A stretch of 32,000 nt of DNA from Mycobacterium kansasii ATCC 12478 (GTDB lineage: Bacteria; Actinomycetota; Actinomycetes; Mycobacteriales; Mycobacteriaceae), in assembly GCF_000157895.3 (NCBI RefSeq), contig NC_022663.1, forward strand, positions 1,147,465 to 1,179,464, written 5' to 3'. A program made the position numbers and the translations under genes. Positions 1 through 10,111 of the stretch are shown here, in pieces. Below the pieces are notes generated by a model. The model worked only from the letters and a program-made list of their open reading frames with translations. It was not told the DNA's origin and did no database searches. Position 1 is the first letter of the stretch. The number at the start of each line of letters is the position of its first letter.

Positions 1-32
1 GCAATCCCCGAATCGACATAAGGAATCAACGC

Positions 33-296
33 GTGGCCAACATCAAGTCGCAGCAAAAGCGCAACCGGACCAACGAACGCGCCCGACTGCGCAACAAGTC
101 GGTGAAGTCGTCGCTGCGTACCGCTGTCCGGGCGTTTCGCGAGGCCGCACACGCCGGCGACAAAGAGAAGGCCGCGGAGCTCCTGGTGTCGACCAACCGC
201 AAGTTGGACAAGGCGGCCAGCAAGGGCGTGATCCACAAGAACCAGGCGGCCAACAAGAAGTCGGCCCTGGCGCGGACCCTCAACAAGCTGGGCTGA
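33..296 (+). CDS. rpsT: 30S ribosomal protein S20
   Basis: 87-aa ORF with GTG start at 33, preceded by AAGGAA (21-26). The basic N-terminus [23 protein letters not shown] is the conserved S20 signature. It lies convergent to holA, as Rv2412/Rv2413c do in M. tuberculosis. Confidence 0.95.
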   Translation: MANIKSQQKRNRTNERARLRNKSVKSSLRTAVRAFREAAHAGDKEKAAELLVSTNRKLDKAASKGVIHKNQAANKKSALARTLNKLG

Positions 297-299
297 GTC

Positions 300-1283
300 C
301 TAGCCGCGGTCGGCGACCAACTCGGCCACCTTCCTGACCGCGGATTCCAGCGCATAGTCGGCGTCGGCCACGGCCCCTTTGACGTTGGCGTTCAGTTCGG
401 CGACCAGCTTCATCGCCGTCGCCACCTTGTCGCGTGACCAGCGCCGCGCCTGCTTTTGCGCCTTCTGCACCCGCCAGGGCGGCATGCCCAGTTGCGCCGC
501 CAGCCGGTACGGGTCGCCGGACAACGGGCCCACCCGGCCGATCGTGTGCACCGCTTCGGCCAGCGCGTCGGCCAGCACCACCAGCGGCTCGCCGCGCATC
601 ATGGCCCAGCGCAGCGCTTCGGCGGCTCCGGCCACATCGCCGGTGACGGCCTTGTCGGCGATGTCGAAGCCCTTCACTTCGGCCTTGCCGCTGTGATAGC
701 GGCGAACCGCCGCCACGTCGACGTGACCACCGGTGTCGGCGACCAGCTGCGAGCAGGCCGCGGCGAGTTCACGCAGTTCCGAACCGACCGCATCGAGCAA
801 CGCTGCCACGGTCTCGTCGTCGATCTTGACGCGCAGACAACGAAATTCACCGCGGACGAAGTCGAGGCGTTCGCTGAGCTTGGTGATCCGCGCGCACGGA
901 TGCACCTGCGCGCCCAGCGACTGCAGTTGACCGGCCAGGGCTTTGGCTCGCCCGCCGCCGGAGTGCACCACCACCAGCACGGTGCCCGGTGGCAGGTCGG
1001 CAGCGGTCGACGCGATCATCGCGACGGCATCCTTGCCCGCCTCTGCGGCGGCCTCCAGCACGACAATCCGCTCGTCGGCGAACAGCGAGGGGCTCAGCAA
1101 CTCGGCGAGCTCATAGGTGCTGACGTCGCCGGCGCGCAGGCGGTTGATCGGCACGTCATCGGCGCCCGGGCCGGCGCCGGCTCCCGCGCGTTGCCGCGCC
1201 GACCGCAGTATCTCCCCGACCGCCCGTTCGACCAGCAGTTCTTCGTCGCCCAGGACCAAATGCAACGGCGAAATCTCGCTCAC
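300..1283 (-). CDS. holA: DNA polymerase III delta subunit (HolA)
   Basis: 327-aa ORF with GTG start (cac at 1281-1283). Its stop is only 3 nt from the rpsT stop. It is the last gene of a comEA-comEC-holA string, and its size and position match Rv2413c. The family call rests on context plus general resemblance. Confidence 0.85.
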   Translation of the reverse strand: MSEISPLHLVLGDEELLVERAVGEILRSARQRAGAGAGPGADDVPINRLRAGDVSTYELAELLSPSLFADERIVVLEAAAEAGKDAVAMIASTAADLPPGTVLVVVHSGGGRAKALAGQLQSLGAQVHPCARITKLSERLDFVRGEFRCLRVKIDDETVAALLDAVGSELRELAAACSQLVADTGGHVDVAAVRRYHSGKAEVKGFDIADKAVTGDVAGAAEALRWAMMRGEPLVVLADALAEAVHTIGRVGPLSGDPYRLAAQLGMPPWRVQKAQKQARRWSRDKVATAMKLVAELNANVKGAVADADYALESAVRKVAELVADRG

Positions 1284-1295
1284 CCCACGATGGTG

Positions 1296-2879
1296 TCATG
1301 TGGGACCGACCAGACCGGCCAGCGACCAGGCCAGTAGGCATCCCAGGGCGGCCACCAGCGCCCAACTCGTCGCAAGACGAAACCACCGGAATCGCCACAG
1401 GGCAACCGCCAGCACGGTGACGCCGCCGACGAGCAGCGCGCCGGCCGGGCCCTCGGGGACCGGCACCGTCGCCATCGGCACACCGGCCGCCCAATGCGCC
1501 ACCCGCAACACCCACCACATCTCCGGCCCGGTGAAGCGGATCAACAGCTGCGCCCCGGCTGGCCACAGGACGGCCAGCAGGGCTGCCGCGCTGCCCAACA
1601 CGGTGATCGGGGCGATCACCGCTGTGACCGCGAGGTTGGCGAACACCGCAACCAGGCTGAATCGGCCGGAGATCGCCGCTACCAGCGGAGCCGTCACCAC
1701 CTGCGCGGCCGCGGCGACGGCCAGCGCATCCGCCAGCGGTTTGGGCAAGCCCCGCGCGACCAAGCGGCGCGACCACAGCGGAGCGATGACGACCAGCCCG
1801 GCCGTCGCCACCACCGACAACGCGAAACCCATATCGACGGCCAGCTGGGGTGCCGTGGCCATCAGCACCAGCACGCTGGCCGACAGCGCCGGAATCGCCT
1901 GTCGCCGCCGCGAAGACAGCATTCCCGCCAGGCCGATCGCGCCCATCACGGCCGCCCGCAACACGCTGGCCGTCGGCTGCACCACGACGACGAATGCCGC
2001 CAGTGCTGCCACGGTCAGCCCGACGGCCGCGCGCAGCCCGACCAGCCGTGCCGAAAACAGCACTGCCGCACACACGATCGTGACGTTGGCACCCGACACC
2101 GCCGTCAGATGCGTCATCCCTGCCGCGCGGAATTCCCGGCCGGTCGCCGGGCCGATTGCCGAGGTGTCGCCGAGCACCAGCGCGGGCAGCATCGCGGCCT
2201 GATCGCCAGGCAACACCTCCCGAACCGCGGCGGCAAACCGGCCGCGAACGGTGTGTGCGGCCCGGTACACCGCACCCGCACGACCCGCGCACACGGTTCG
2301 CGGCCGGCCCGCCGCGGTGAGCACCGCGACCGTCAGGTCCCGGCGCGTCGGCCGGGTGATGCGCGCGGTGAACCGCACCGGCTGGCCTGCCATCAGCTCG
2401 CCGAATTCCGACGCCCGTGCGAAAACGACTACCCGGCCCGATATTTCGTCGTCCCGTAGCCGTTGGATGGTCGCCCGGAAGATCAATCGGCCGGCCCCCA
2501 GCGACAGGGCGGTTTCGCTGGGCGTGACGGTCACCGGCGCGGACGTTCCGAACGCCGCACTGATCGGGTGGCGCCCGACCGCATCGGCTCGCAACGCGAT
2601 CGCGAATCCATACCCGGCGCCCACCACACCGACCGCCACCAGGGCGGCGCTGATGGCGCGCAGTTGGGGCGGGCACTTCGGCCGGCGCGCGGCGTGCCAC
2701 CACAGCGCGGCCGAGCCGGTAGCCACCATCAGGCAGCAGGATGCGCACGGCCGGCCGACCGGCCACCCGATCCCCGCCGCGGTCACCACCCAACTGGTCA
2801 GCGCGGCCGGAACCAGGCGCACATCCAGCCGCGCCGCAGCGCCGGGAACGGGGTCGACGGGCCCGGTCAGGGGGTGCAC
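1296..2879 (-). CDS. comEC: ComEC-like competence-domain membrane protein (no metallo-beta-lactamase domain)
   Basis: Same frame as the 765-aa track ORF, but the first ~238 codons overlap comEA and are Arg/Gly-rich junk. The start is therefore placed at GTG 2879, just downstream of the comEA stop (2885-2887), giving 527 aa. It is a polytopic membrane protein with an OB-fold-like segment (VTVTPSE..GRVVVFA) and the Competence-domain motif MTHLTAVSGANV. The exact start is uncertain. Confidence 0.82.
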   Translation of the reverse strand: MHPLTGPVDPVPGAAARLDVRLVPAALTSWVVTAAGIGWPVGRPCASCCLMVATGSAALWWHAARRPKCPPQLRAISAALVAVGVVGAGYGFAIALRADAVGRHPISAAFGTSAPVTVTPSETALSLGAGRLIFRATIQRLRDDEISGRVVVFARASEFGELMAGQPVRFTARITRPTRRDLTVAVLTAAGRPRTVCAGRAGAVYRAAHTVRGRFAAAVREVLPGDQAAMLPALVLGDTSAIGPATGREFRAAGMTHLTAVSGANVTIVCAAVLFSARLVGLRAAVGLTVAALAAFVVVVQPTASVLRAAVMGAIGLAGMLSSRRRQAIPALSASVLVLMATAPQLAVDMGFALSVVATAGLVVIAPLWSRRLVARGLPKPLADALAVAAAAQVVTAPLVAAISGRFSLVAVFANLAVTAVIAPITVLGSAAALLAVLWPAGAQLLIRFTGPEMWWVLRVAHWAAGVPMATVPVPEGPAGALLVGGVTVLAVALWRFRWFRLATSWALVAALGCLLAWSLAGLVGPT

Positions 2880-2884
2880 CGGCG

Positions 2885-3799
2885 TCAGACACGGACCAGG
2901 GACCGCAGTTTTTCCAGCCGCGCCGGGCCGATGCCGTCGACGTCGGCGAGCTGGTCGACGCTGGTGAACCTGCCGTTGGCCTGCCGCCACGCGACGATCG
3001 CGGCGGCGGTGACCGGGCCGACGCCGGGTAGCGTGTCCAGCTGCTCCACCGTCGCGGTGTTCAGATCGAGCACCTCGGCCGGCTTGGAGCTCGGCTGGGT
3101 GCCCGGATGAGGAGCGCCGGAAGTGGCCGGTCCCGGCGCCGGGGTGCCCGCGCCGATCGAACTGCGCAGCGTAATCGGTTGCCCCGGAACCGGCGCCAGC
3201 CCGACCACGATCTGTTCCCCGTCGACCAGCTGGCGAGCCATGTTCAGGGCGATGGTGTCCGCACCGTCGACCGCGCCGCCGGCGGCCTGCAGGGCGTCGG
3301 CGATCCGCGCACCCGGAGCCAAGGTGACCAGTCCCGGGGTGTGCACCAGTCCGACGACGCTGACCACCACCGGCCGGTCCGGGCCGGGCGGCTGCCCCGG
3401 GGTCGCCGACGGTCTCGGGCCGCTTCCCGACGGCCCTGAAACCCGTTCCACCGCGGGAAGTTTGGCCGACATTACCGGAGCAGGCCGGTCGCGCAGCAAC
3501 GTGAACACGGTGACCAGTACCGCAAGGGCCGCGACCAGCGCCAACGCGATGGCACCGGCACGTCCCGGATCTGCGCGCACCTTGGCCAGCCATCCATGGC
3601 TGCCGGTTGTCGCCGGAAGCCAGCGCGGCAACAGCGAGTTCGGGTCGTCGTCCGGGCCTTCATCGGCGCTCTCGGCTTCGACGGCAGCCGGGTTGGCGGC
3701 CGGCCGGCAATCCGGGTCGGCGCCAAGCCGGCGATGCAAGCGCTCGGCAGGCAGTTCAGTTCGCATGGCGCCGACGGTAGGTGCGTCGACCGCCACCAC
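2885..3799 (-). CDS. comEA: ComEA-like helix-hairpin-helix DNA-binding membrane protein
   Basis: The C-terminus LDLNTATVEQLDTLPGVGPVTAAAIVAWRQANGRFTSVDQLADVDGIGPARLEKL is a tandem HhH ComEA motif. There is an N-terminal TM helix (AIALALVAALAVLVTVFTLL) and a Pro-rich linker. The start is GTG 3799 or ATG 3766. Confidence 0.85.
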   Translation of the reverse strand: MVAVDAPTVGAMRTELPAERLHRRLGADPDCRPAANPAAVEAESADEGPDDDPNSLLPRWLPATTGSHGWLAKVRADPGRAGAIALALVAALAVLVTVFTLLRDRPAPVMSAKLPAVERVSGPSGSGPRPSATPGQPPGPDRPVVVSVVGLVHTPGLVTLAPGARIADALQAAGGAVDGADTIALNMARQLVDGEQIVVGLAPVPGQPITLRSSIGAGTPAPGPATSGAPHPGTQPSSKPAEVLDLNTATVEQLDTLPGVGPVTAAAIVAWRQANGRFTSVDQLADVDGIGPARLEKLRSLVRV

Positions 3800-4073
3800 G
3801 ATCCCCGACCACCGCGTCGCGACGCCTGTCTGTGGATGAAACCAGGGCTGTGAATGCGTGACCTCATCCGTACCGTCCGCGGCCTATCACATTTGGCTCG
3901 CCGGCTCCCTCTGGTGGCGGCGCGACCGAGGCTGACCACGGCCGCGCCACCCCGGTTGACGTTCGGCCCCGCCCGACGCCTAACGTGCAGGGCAGGATTG
4001 CCGGTGGCCATGCGGATGGTTCCAGCTCCACGAGGGGCACGCACCGGCGGTCACCCGACACAGGAGGCTACCG

Positions 4074-5240
<1,167 letters not shown>

Positions 5241-5247
5241 GGCAGTC

Positions 5248-6357
5248 ATGGATTTTCAGCTGAGCCACGAGCAGACGCTGCTGCGTGACACCACCCGCGA
5301 CCTGTTGTCGCGCAGTTACGACGCGGAGAGCCGCAACAAGGTCATCGGCACCGAGCTCGGCTGGAGCCGCGAGGTGTGGAGCCAACTCGCCGACACCGGG
5401 ATCTTGAGCCTCGGATTCGACCCGGCCGAGTCCGGGCAGATCGAGATCATGGTCGTGATGACCGAAGTCGGGCGGCGGCTGGCGCCCGAACCCGTGGTAC
5501 ATGCCGCGCTGGCACCGGGTGCGCTCATCGCCGAGCTGGGCAACGACGCACAGCTACAGCTGCTCGACGACGTCGCCGCCGGGCAGCTGCTGCTGGCGTT
5601 CGCGCACCAGGAGCCCGGCCACCGGACGCCATCCGCCGATATCTCGACTCGCGCTGTGCGGCAAGGAGATTCGTGGCTGCTCAGCGGACATAAGAATCCG
5701 GTGCTGGCCGGTGACTGCGCCGACACGCTGGTGGTCAGCGCCGCACTGCCCGACGGTGGCGTGGGGTTGTTCCTGGTCGACGCCGAGACTGTCACCCGGC
5801 ACCCGTACCCGACATTCGACGCCCACCGCGGCGCCCAGATTGACCTGGACCAGACGCCCGGTGAACCTCTGGGCGAGGCCGCTGAAGACGCGTCATCGGC
5901 GATCCGCGACGCCATCATTCGCATCCAGTCGGCATTGTGCTCGGAAGCGGTCGGCGCGATGTCCGAAGCCCTGCGCCTGACCACCGATTACCTCAAGACC
6001 CGCAAGCAATTCGGCGTCACGCTCAACAAGTTCCAGGCGCTGACCCAGCGTGCCGCCGACATGTACGTCTCGCTGGAAATGGCCCGCAGCATGGATCTCT
6101 ACGCAGCGATGTCGATCGCCGACGGCAACCTCGACCCGCTGATCGCGTCCCGGGCCAAGCTGCAGGTGGGCCGGTCCGCCCGCCACATCGCGCAGGAGTC
6201 GATCCAGTTGCACGGCGGCATCGGAATGACCGCGGAATATCCGGTGGGACACTACGCGGCCCGGCTCACCGCGATCGAGCACACTCTGGGTTCCGCCCAG
6301 GACCACCTGCACGTCCTCATCGACCACCTCGGCGACTACGAGCTTGTCCGGCTTTGA
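5248..6357 (+). CDS. acyl-CoA dehydrogenase family protein (beta-like partner subunit)
   Basis: ATG 5248 lies 7 nt after the upstream stop, with GAGG 5 nt upstream; the longer 496-aa track ORF is an overlap artefact. ACAD-fold motifs are present (GDSWLLSGHKNPV, QLHGGIGMTAEYPVGHY). The C-terminus (RLTAIEHTLGSAQDHLHVLIDHLGDYELVRL) shows no YxGxxE-type catalytic Glu motif. Confidence 0.85.
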   Translation: MDFQLSHEQTLLRDTTRDLLSRSYDAESRNKVIGTELGWSREVWSQLADTGILSLGFDPAESGQIEIMVVMTEVGRRLAPEPVVHAALAPGALIAELGNDAQLQLLDDVAAGQLLLAFAHQEPGHRTPSADISTRAVRQGDSWLLSGHKNPVLAGDCADTLVVSAALPDGGVGLFLVDAETVTRHPYPTFDAHRGAQIDLDQTPGEPLGEAAEDASSAIRDAIIRIQSALCSEAVGAMSEALRLTTDYLKTRKQFGVTLNKFQALTQRAADMYVSLEMARSMDLYAAMSIADGNLDPLIASRAKLQVGRSARHIAQESIQLHGGIGMTAEYPVGHYAARLTAIEHTLGSAQDHLHVLIDHLGDYELVRL

Positions 6358-6399
6358 GCCAGCCGCCAACACGGGTGGCCGAACCGCCGTATCGGCGAC

Positions 6400-6972
6400 A
6401 TGACCGCGCTGACCTGGCTCGGTGTACCCGGAGATGAGCGCGCATGGACCGCACTCGGATTCACTGTCGACGACCGCGAGATCCAAATCGGCCGGGTGTG
6501 CTGTGCGCTCACCGACGAGCGTTGCTGGGGTTTCGACGAAACCCACGGCGACGCAGCAATTCTCGGGATCCCGACCACGGTTCGCCCGGCACTTGCCGGT
6601 GCGGTGCACCCGTGCGGGGTGACGCACGTCGACCACGTCGTGTATACGGTGCCCGACTTGGACACCGGAACCACCGCTCTCACAGCGACATTGGGCACCC
6701 CGCCGCGCCGCCGCTTTCATCCGCGTGGGCCAGACGGTCCGGAAATGGCGTTCTACCGTGTTGGCGAGGCATTCATCGAGGTGGTGGCCAGCGGTGCGGA
6801 GCCGGCGCTGATCGGGCTGGCATTGCGTTCTCCTGACCTGGATGCCACCGTGAGCGCGATCCGGGCCGCCGGTGGCCCGATCTCGGACCCGAAGCCCGCG
6901 GTCCAAGGCGGTCGCATCGCAACGGTATGGCACGGCCACCTGGACTGGGGTCTGGCGATCATGGGGCCATAG
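6400..6972 (+). CDS. VOC (glyoxalase/bleomycin-resistance/dioxygenase) family protein
   Basis: 190-aa ORF with ATG 6400, on the same strand directly after the ACAD pair. The motif THVDHVVYTVPDLD and its two-module size are typical of VOC proteins. The call was made by eye only. Confidence 0.65.
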   Translation: MTALTWLGVPGDERAWTALGFTVDDREIQIGRVCCALTDERCWGFDETHGDAAILGIPTTVRPALAGAVHPCGVTHVDHVVYTVPDLDTGTTALTATLGTPPRRRFHPRGPDGPEMAFYRVGEAFIEVVASGAEPALIGLALRSPDLDATVSAIRAAGGPISDPKPAVQGGRIATVWHGHLDWGLAIMGP

Positions 6973-7027
6973 GAATTTCAGGATCGCTGCCCGGCCGCGC
7001 AACTGAAGCGGCGAGTGACGGGGAGCG

Positions 7028-7125
7028 ATCGCGGCAATAATGGGTCCCGTCGCAGCGGCAGATGTGCCTTCGAAAGCGCAGACCGTCCGCTGCGGGTAAT
7101 CAAAGTGAACCACCGGAAACATCGG
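7028..7125. repeat. degenerate copy (copy A) of the upstream region and first ~18 codons of the gene at 8468
   Basis: Aligns with 8422-8520 at roughly 70-75% identity by eye, with 2-3 single-base indels. Exact shared strings are GCAATAATGGGTC (7034-7046 vs 8428-8440) and ACCACCGGAAACATCGG (7109-7125 vs 8504-8520). The RBS and ATG are destroyed in copy A, and one extra base breaks the frame. Confidence 0.7.
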
Positions 7126-7172
7126 CCGAATACGAGCTTGCCAGACTGTAGTAAGTAACGGTGGCAAGTCCT

Positions 7173-8378
7173 TCAGAACTCGAACGCCGTCTGGGCCGGG
7201 ACGTCGCTGGCAAACGCTGCATCAAGCCGATTCACCAAGCCAGAGTCCCTGGTGCGCAGCCGGTTCGCCGCGGCCAACGTGGACGCCCGGTGCACCCCGA
7301 GGTACAGACTGCCCAGCACGTCACGACCCAGCACGACGTCCGCCGACGCATCGGTCGGGCTACAGAGGGCACGTCCATCCCGGATCTGCAGCCGATATCG
7401 CCCCCCATCCGATACACCGATCACCATGGCGAGGTCGGCACAATAGCCACGCGCCTCGAGCGCGGCCGGGATATCCATGATTCGCAGCCACAGACCGTCT
7501 TGGCGAAATGTCGGGCTGGCCAATCGCGTATCGGTGAGCAGGAACGGCAGCGGGTCGTCCGGATGGGTGATAACTCTGACTCGCTCCATCGAGTCAAGCC
7601 CCAGCAGCGCACGCCATAGGGAGATATGCGCGTCGGCGGTAACGGCTCGCAGCTCCTCGACACGCGCCAGCTTCTGATCCGTGGCGTCCACCCGATACAA
7701 CGCATAGCCGTCGGTGTGCAGGAAGGCAAACAATCTTGTGTCACCGCGTGGTGAATTCGTGCATTCGCCCAGCGCGTCTTCCCAAAGCACGTCAGGACGG
7801 GCCAGCCCGCCGGGCACCTGTTGCCGCCAGCGCTCGTAGATCGCAGCGAACTCGTCGCGATGCTCGGCGGGATTCACCAACCGGACCCTTCCGCCATCGG
7901 GTGCGTCGAGGTGGAAACGGGCGAAGCGCCGGTCGAGGGTCAGCTCCTGCAGTACGGTGGCAGGCCCATAGCCGAACCGGCCGTAGATGCCGCCCTCGCT
8001 GGCATACAACGCCGCCATCGGGTACTCGGAATCGCTGATCCGACGATGCAATTCGGCGCACATCAGGCGCAGTAGTCCACGTCGCCGGTGGGTGGGGGCA
8101 ACCGCGACGAAACTGAGGCCGGCCGCTGGAAGCACCGCGCCGCCGGGCACCGTCAACCGCAGGTCGAGATACAGCGCCATGCCCACCACGTCGCCACCGT
8201 CGCAACTCACCACTGCACCATCAGCGGGTACCAGACTGCGCCAGGTGTTGGCCGGACGAGGACCCATGAAGTCCGGAAAGCTGGCGGCCGCCAGGAAGTA
8301 CATTGACGCCCAGTCGTCCTCCGTCGGGCTACGAAGTGTCAGGGATGTCGGTAAAGCCTTTGGCGCGGCGACGGTCAC
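7173..8378 (-). CDS. eis: Eis, GNAT-family aminoglycoside/protein N-acetyltransferase (enhanced intracellular survival protein)
   Basis: Colinear with M. tuberculosis Eis as I recall it: [86 protein letters not shown], and the C-terminal DVP.QTAFEF. The start is placed at GTG 8378 (401 aa), because the upstream codons of the 437-aa track ORF have low GC3 (att att gct gcg ata ttc aga). Confidence 0.92.
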   Translation of the reverse strand: MTVAAPKALPTSLTLRSPTEDDWASMYFLAAASFPDFMGPRPANTWRSLVPADGAVVSCDGGDVVGMALYLDLRLTVPGGAVLPAAGLSFVAVAPTHRRRGLLRLMCAELHRRISDSEYPMAALYASEGGIYGRFGYGPATVLQELTLDRRFARFHLDAPDGGRVRLVNPAEHRDEFAAIYERWRQQVPGGLARPDVLWEDALGECTNSPRGDTRLFAFLHTDGYALYRVDATDQKLARVEELRAVTADAHISLWRALLGLDSMERVRVITHPDDPLPFLLTDTRLASPTFRQDGLWLRIMDIPAALEARGYCADLAMVIGVSDGGRYRLQIRDGRALCSPTDASADVVLGRDVLGSLYLGVHRASTLAAANRLRTRDSGLVNRLDAAFASDVPAQTAFEF

Positions 8379-8421
8379 GAAACCGACTCTGGCACATACC
8401 CGTGCCCCCGCGCATCTGAAT

Positions 8422-8520
8422 ATCGCAGCAATAATGGGTCTCATCGCAACCGGCAAAGGAGCCTTAGATGAGCACGGACCGCCCAATGCGCGTGATCCAG
8501 TGGACCACCGGAAACATCGG
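8422..8520. repeat. functional copy (copy B) of the repeat bracketing eis
   Basis: Contains AATAAT (8430-8435, -10-like), the RBS AAAGGAG (8455-8461), ATG 8468 and codons 1-18 of the DapB-N-like gene. It is the direct-repeat partner of 7028-7125. Confidence 0.7.
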
Positions 8521-9517
8521 GCGGCGATCGCTGCACGCCATCATCGACCGGCCCGACATGGAATTGGTGGGCGTGTACGCGCACGGCCCGGAAAAGGTCG
8601 GTGTCGACGCCGCGGACCTGGCCGGCTGGCCGGAGCCGACGGGCGTGCAGGCCACCAACGACATCGACGCGCTGCTGGCGCTGGGCGCCGACGCATGTTG
8701 CTATAACCCGTTGTGGCCCAACATCGATGAACTGGTGCGCTTGCTGGAATCCGGTGTCAACGTGTGCACCAGCGCGGCCTGGATCACCGGCGGCAAGCAG
8801 ACACCGCAGGACCGCGAGCGCATCATCGCTGCCTGCGAACGAGGCGGCTCGACGATCTTCGGCAGCGGCGCGCATCCCGGTATGACCAACATGGTCGGCA
8901 TGGTGCTCAGCGCGGCCTGTGAGCGGGTGGACTAAATCCGCATCACCGAATCGGTGGACTGTTCGACCTACGAGTCGGCGGAAACGCAGACGGCCATGGG
9001 TTTTTCGCAGGATCCCGACACCCCCGGCCTCGCCGAGAGCGTGCGGTCCGAAAGCGAGGTCTTCGCCGAATCGGCAGCCATGATGGCCGACGCGATCGGG
9101 GCGAAGCTGGACCGGGTGACCTTCGACGTGACGTTCACGGCGGCCACCGCGGATACCGATCTGGGGTTCATGAAGATCCCCGCCGGCACCGTCGGCAGCG
9201 TCTACGGCTACCACCGCGGCTGGCAGGGCGACCGCAACGTCGTCAGCGTGGGATTCAACTGGACCATGGGCAACCACGTGGTGCCGCCCAAACCGCTGGA
9301 GCACGGCCACGTCATCCAGGTATTCGGGCTGCCCAACATGCGCACCGTGCTGCACTGCCTGCCGCCGAAGGATTGGACGGAGCCGGGTTTCATGGGCCTG
9401 GGCATGATCTACACCGCGATGCCGGTCACCAACGCGGTGCCGGCGGTGGTGGCCGCGAAACCGGGGATTGTGACCCTTGCCGATCTGCCTCCCGTCACCG
9501 GCCGCGTGGCGCGCTAG
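8468..9517 (+). pseudogene. DapB-N-terminal-domain / NAD(P)H-dependent amine dehydrogenase family gene, interrupted by one in-frame TAA (8933-8935)
   Basis: The track ORFs 8468-8935 and 8954-9517 are in the same frame. The read-through translation is ..AACERVD*IRITESVDCSTYES.., one continuous ~349-codon protein. The N-terminus [14 protein letters not shown] is a Rossmann GxxGxxG-like motif typical of this ~350-aa family. Both halves keep high GC3. Confidence 0.75.
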
Positions 9518-9667
9518 CGCCGGGTCCGGCAGCCGACCGGCACCCCCGAGGAACGGTCACGTGCACTAAGAGTAAGGTGCTTAGCCAAGCAAAGGTTCTG
9601 TCTGCACCGGGCCTGGCTTACCGGGTGGGCCGCGACGACCTTTTGGCGGTGAGCGGAAGGCGGTCAA

Positions 9668-10111
9668 GTGAGAACGATTCGCATTACCCGCGTGACCAGG
9701 CACCTATGGATACCGCTGGTCCTGGTGATCGTGCTTGCGGTCTCCGGTTTGGTGGTGATGCGGCTGCACCGGATCTTCGGTTCCCAGGACCTCAACGCGA
9801 ACGCCGGCGGCGGGATCGAGATCGTGCAATTCAACCCCAAGGTCGTCACCTATGAGGTCTTCGGCCCGCCCGGCAGCACCGCGAACATCAACTACTGGGA
9901 TGCCGACGCCAACACCCACCAGGTCAACGCCGCACCGCTGCCGTGGTCGGTGACGATCTCGACGACGCTGCCCTCGGTGAGCGCCAACATCATGGCTCAG
10001 GGCGACGGCAGCCGGATCGGCTGTCGCATCACGGTCGACGGTGTCGTCCGGCAAGAGAAGAAGTCCGATGGCGTCAACCCTCAGACCTTCTGCCTGGTGA
10101 AATCCGCATGA
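9668..10111 (+). CDS. mmpS: MmpS family membrane protein
   Basis: 147 aa with a GTG start. It has an N-terminal TM helix (WIPLVLVIVLAVSGLVVM), the conserved YEVFGPPG..A.I.Y.D core and C-terminal C.I.VDG......G......C. Its stop overlaps the mmpL start (ATGA at 10108-10111). Confidence 0.9.
   Translation: MRTIRITRVTRHLWIPLVLVIVLAVSGLVVMRLHRIFGSQDLNANAGGGIEIVQFNPKVVTYEVFGPPGSTANINYWDADANTHQVNAAPLPWSVTISTTLPSVSANIMAQGDGSRIGCRITVDGVVRQEKKSDGVNPQTFCLVKSA

Noticed and set aside
1156-2892. Long alternative-frame and antisense ORFs overlapping holA and comEC: 1156-2892 (-), 1117-2202 (+), 456-1337 (+), 1494-2459 (+) and others.
   Set aside because: Their translations are Arg/Gly/Pro/Ala-rich low-complexity sequence, typical of stop-poor off-frames in GC-rich DNA. 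They overlap well-supported genes.
3956-3986. A sigma-A-like promoter upstream of the ACAD operon: TTGACG-N19-TAACGT.
   Set aside because: It is a motif match only, and the 19-bp spacer is at the long end of the usual range. It is not reported as a feature without transcription start site data.
6982-7030. A possible bidirectional terminator between the VOC gene and eis: GATCGCT..AGCGATC flanking an inner GCCGC-N9-GCGGC stem.
   Set aside because: The stems are short (5-7 bp), the outer loop is long and there is no U-tract. This is not distinguishable from chance in GC-rich DNA.
5893-7167. A 424-aa minus-strand ORF antisense to the second ACAD gene and the VOC gene.
   Set aside because: It has no recognisable domain and is Arg/Gly/His-rich. 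It fully overlaps two plus-strand genes that have clear family motifs.
8441-9355. A 304-aa minus-strand ORF across the DapB-N-like locus, which could have suggested the plus-strand gene is spurious.
   Set aside because: The plus-strand frame gives a coherent Rossmann-type N-terminus and a continuous family-length protein. The minus-frame product is low-complexity.
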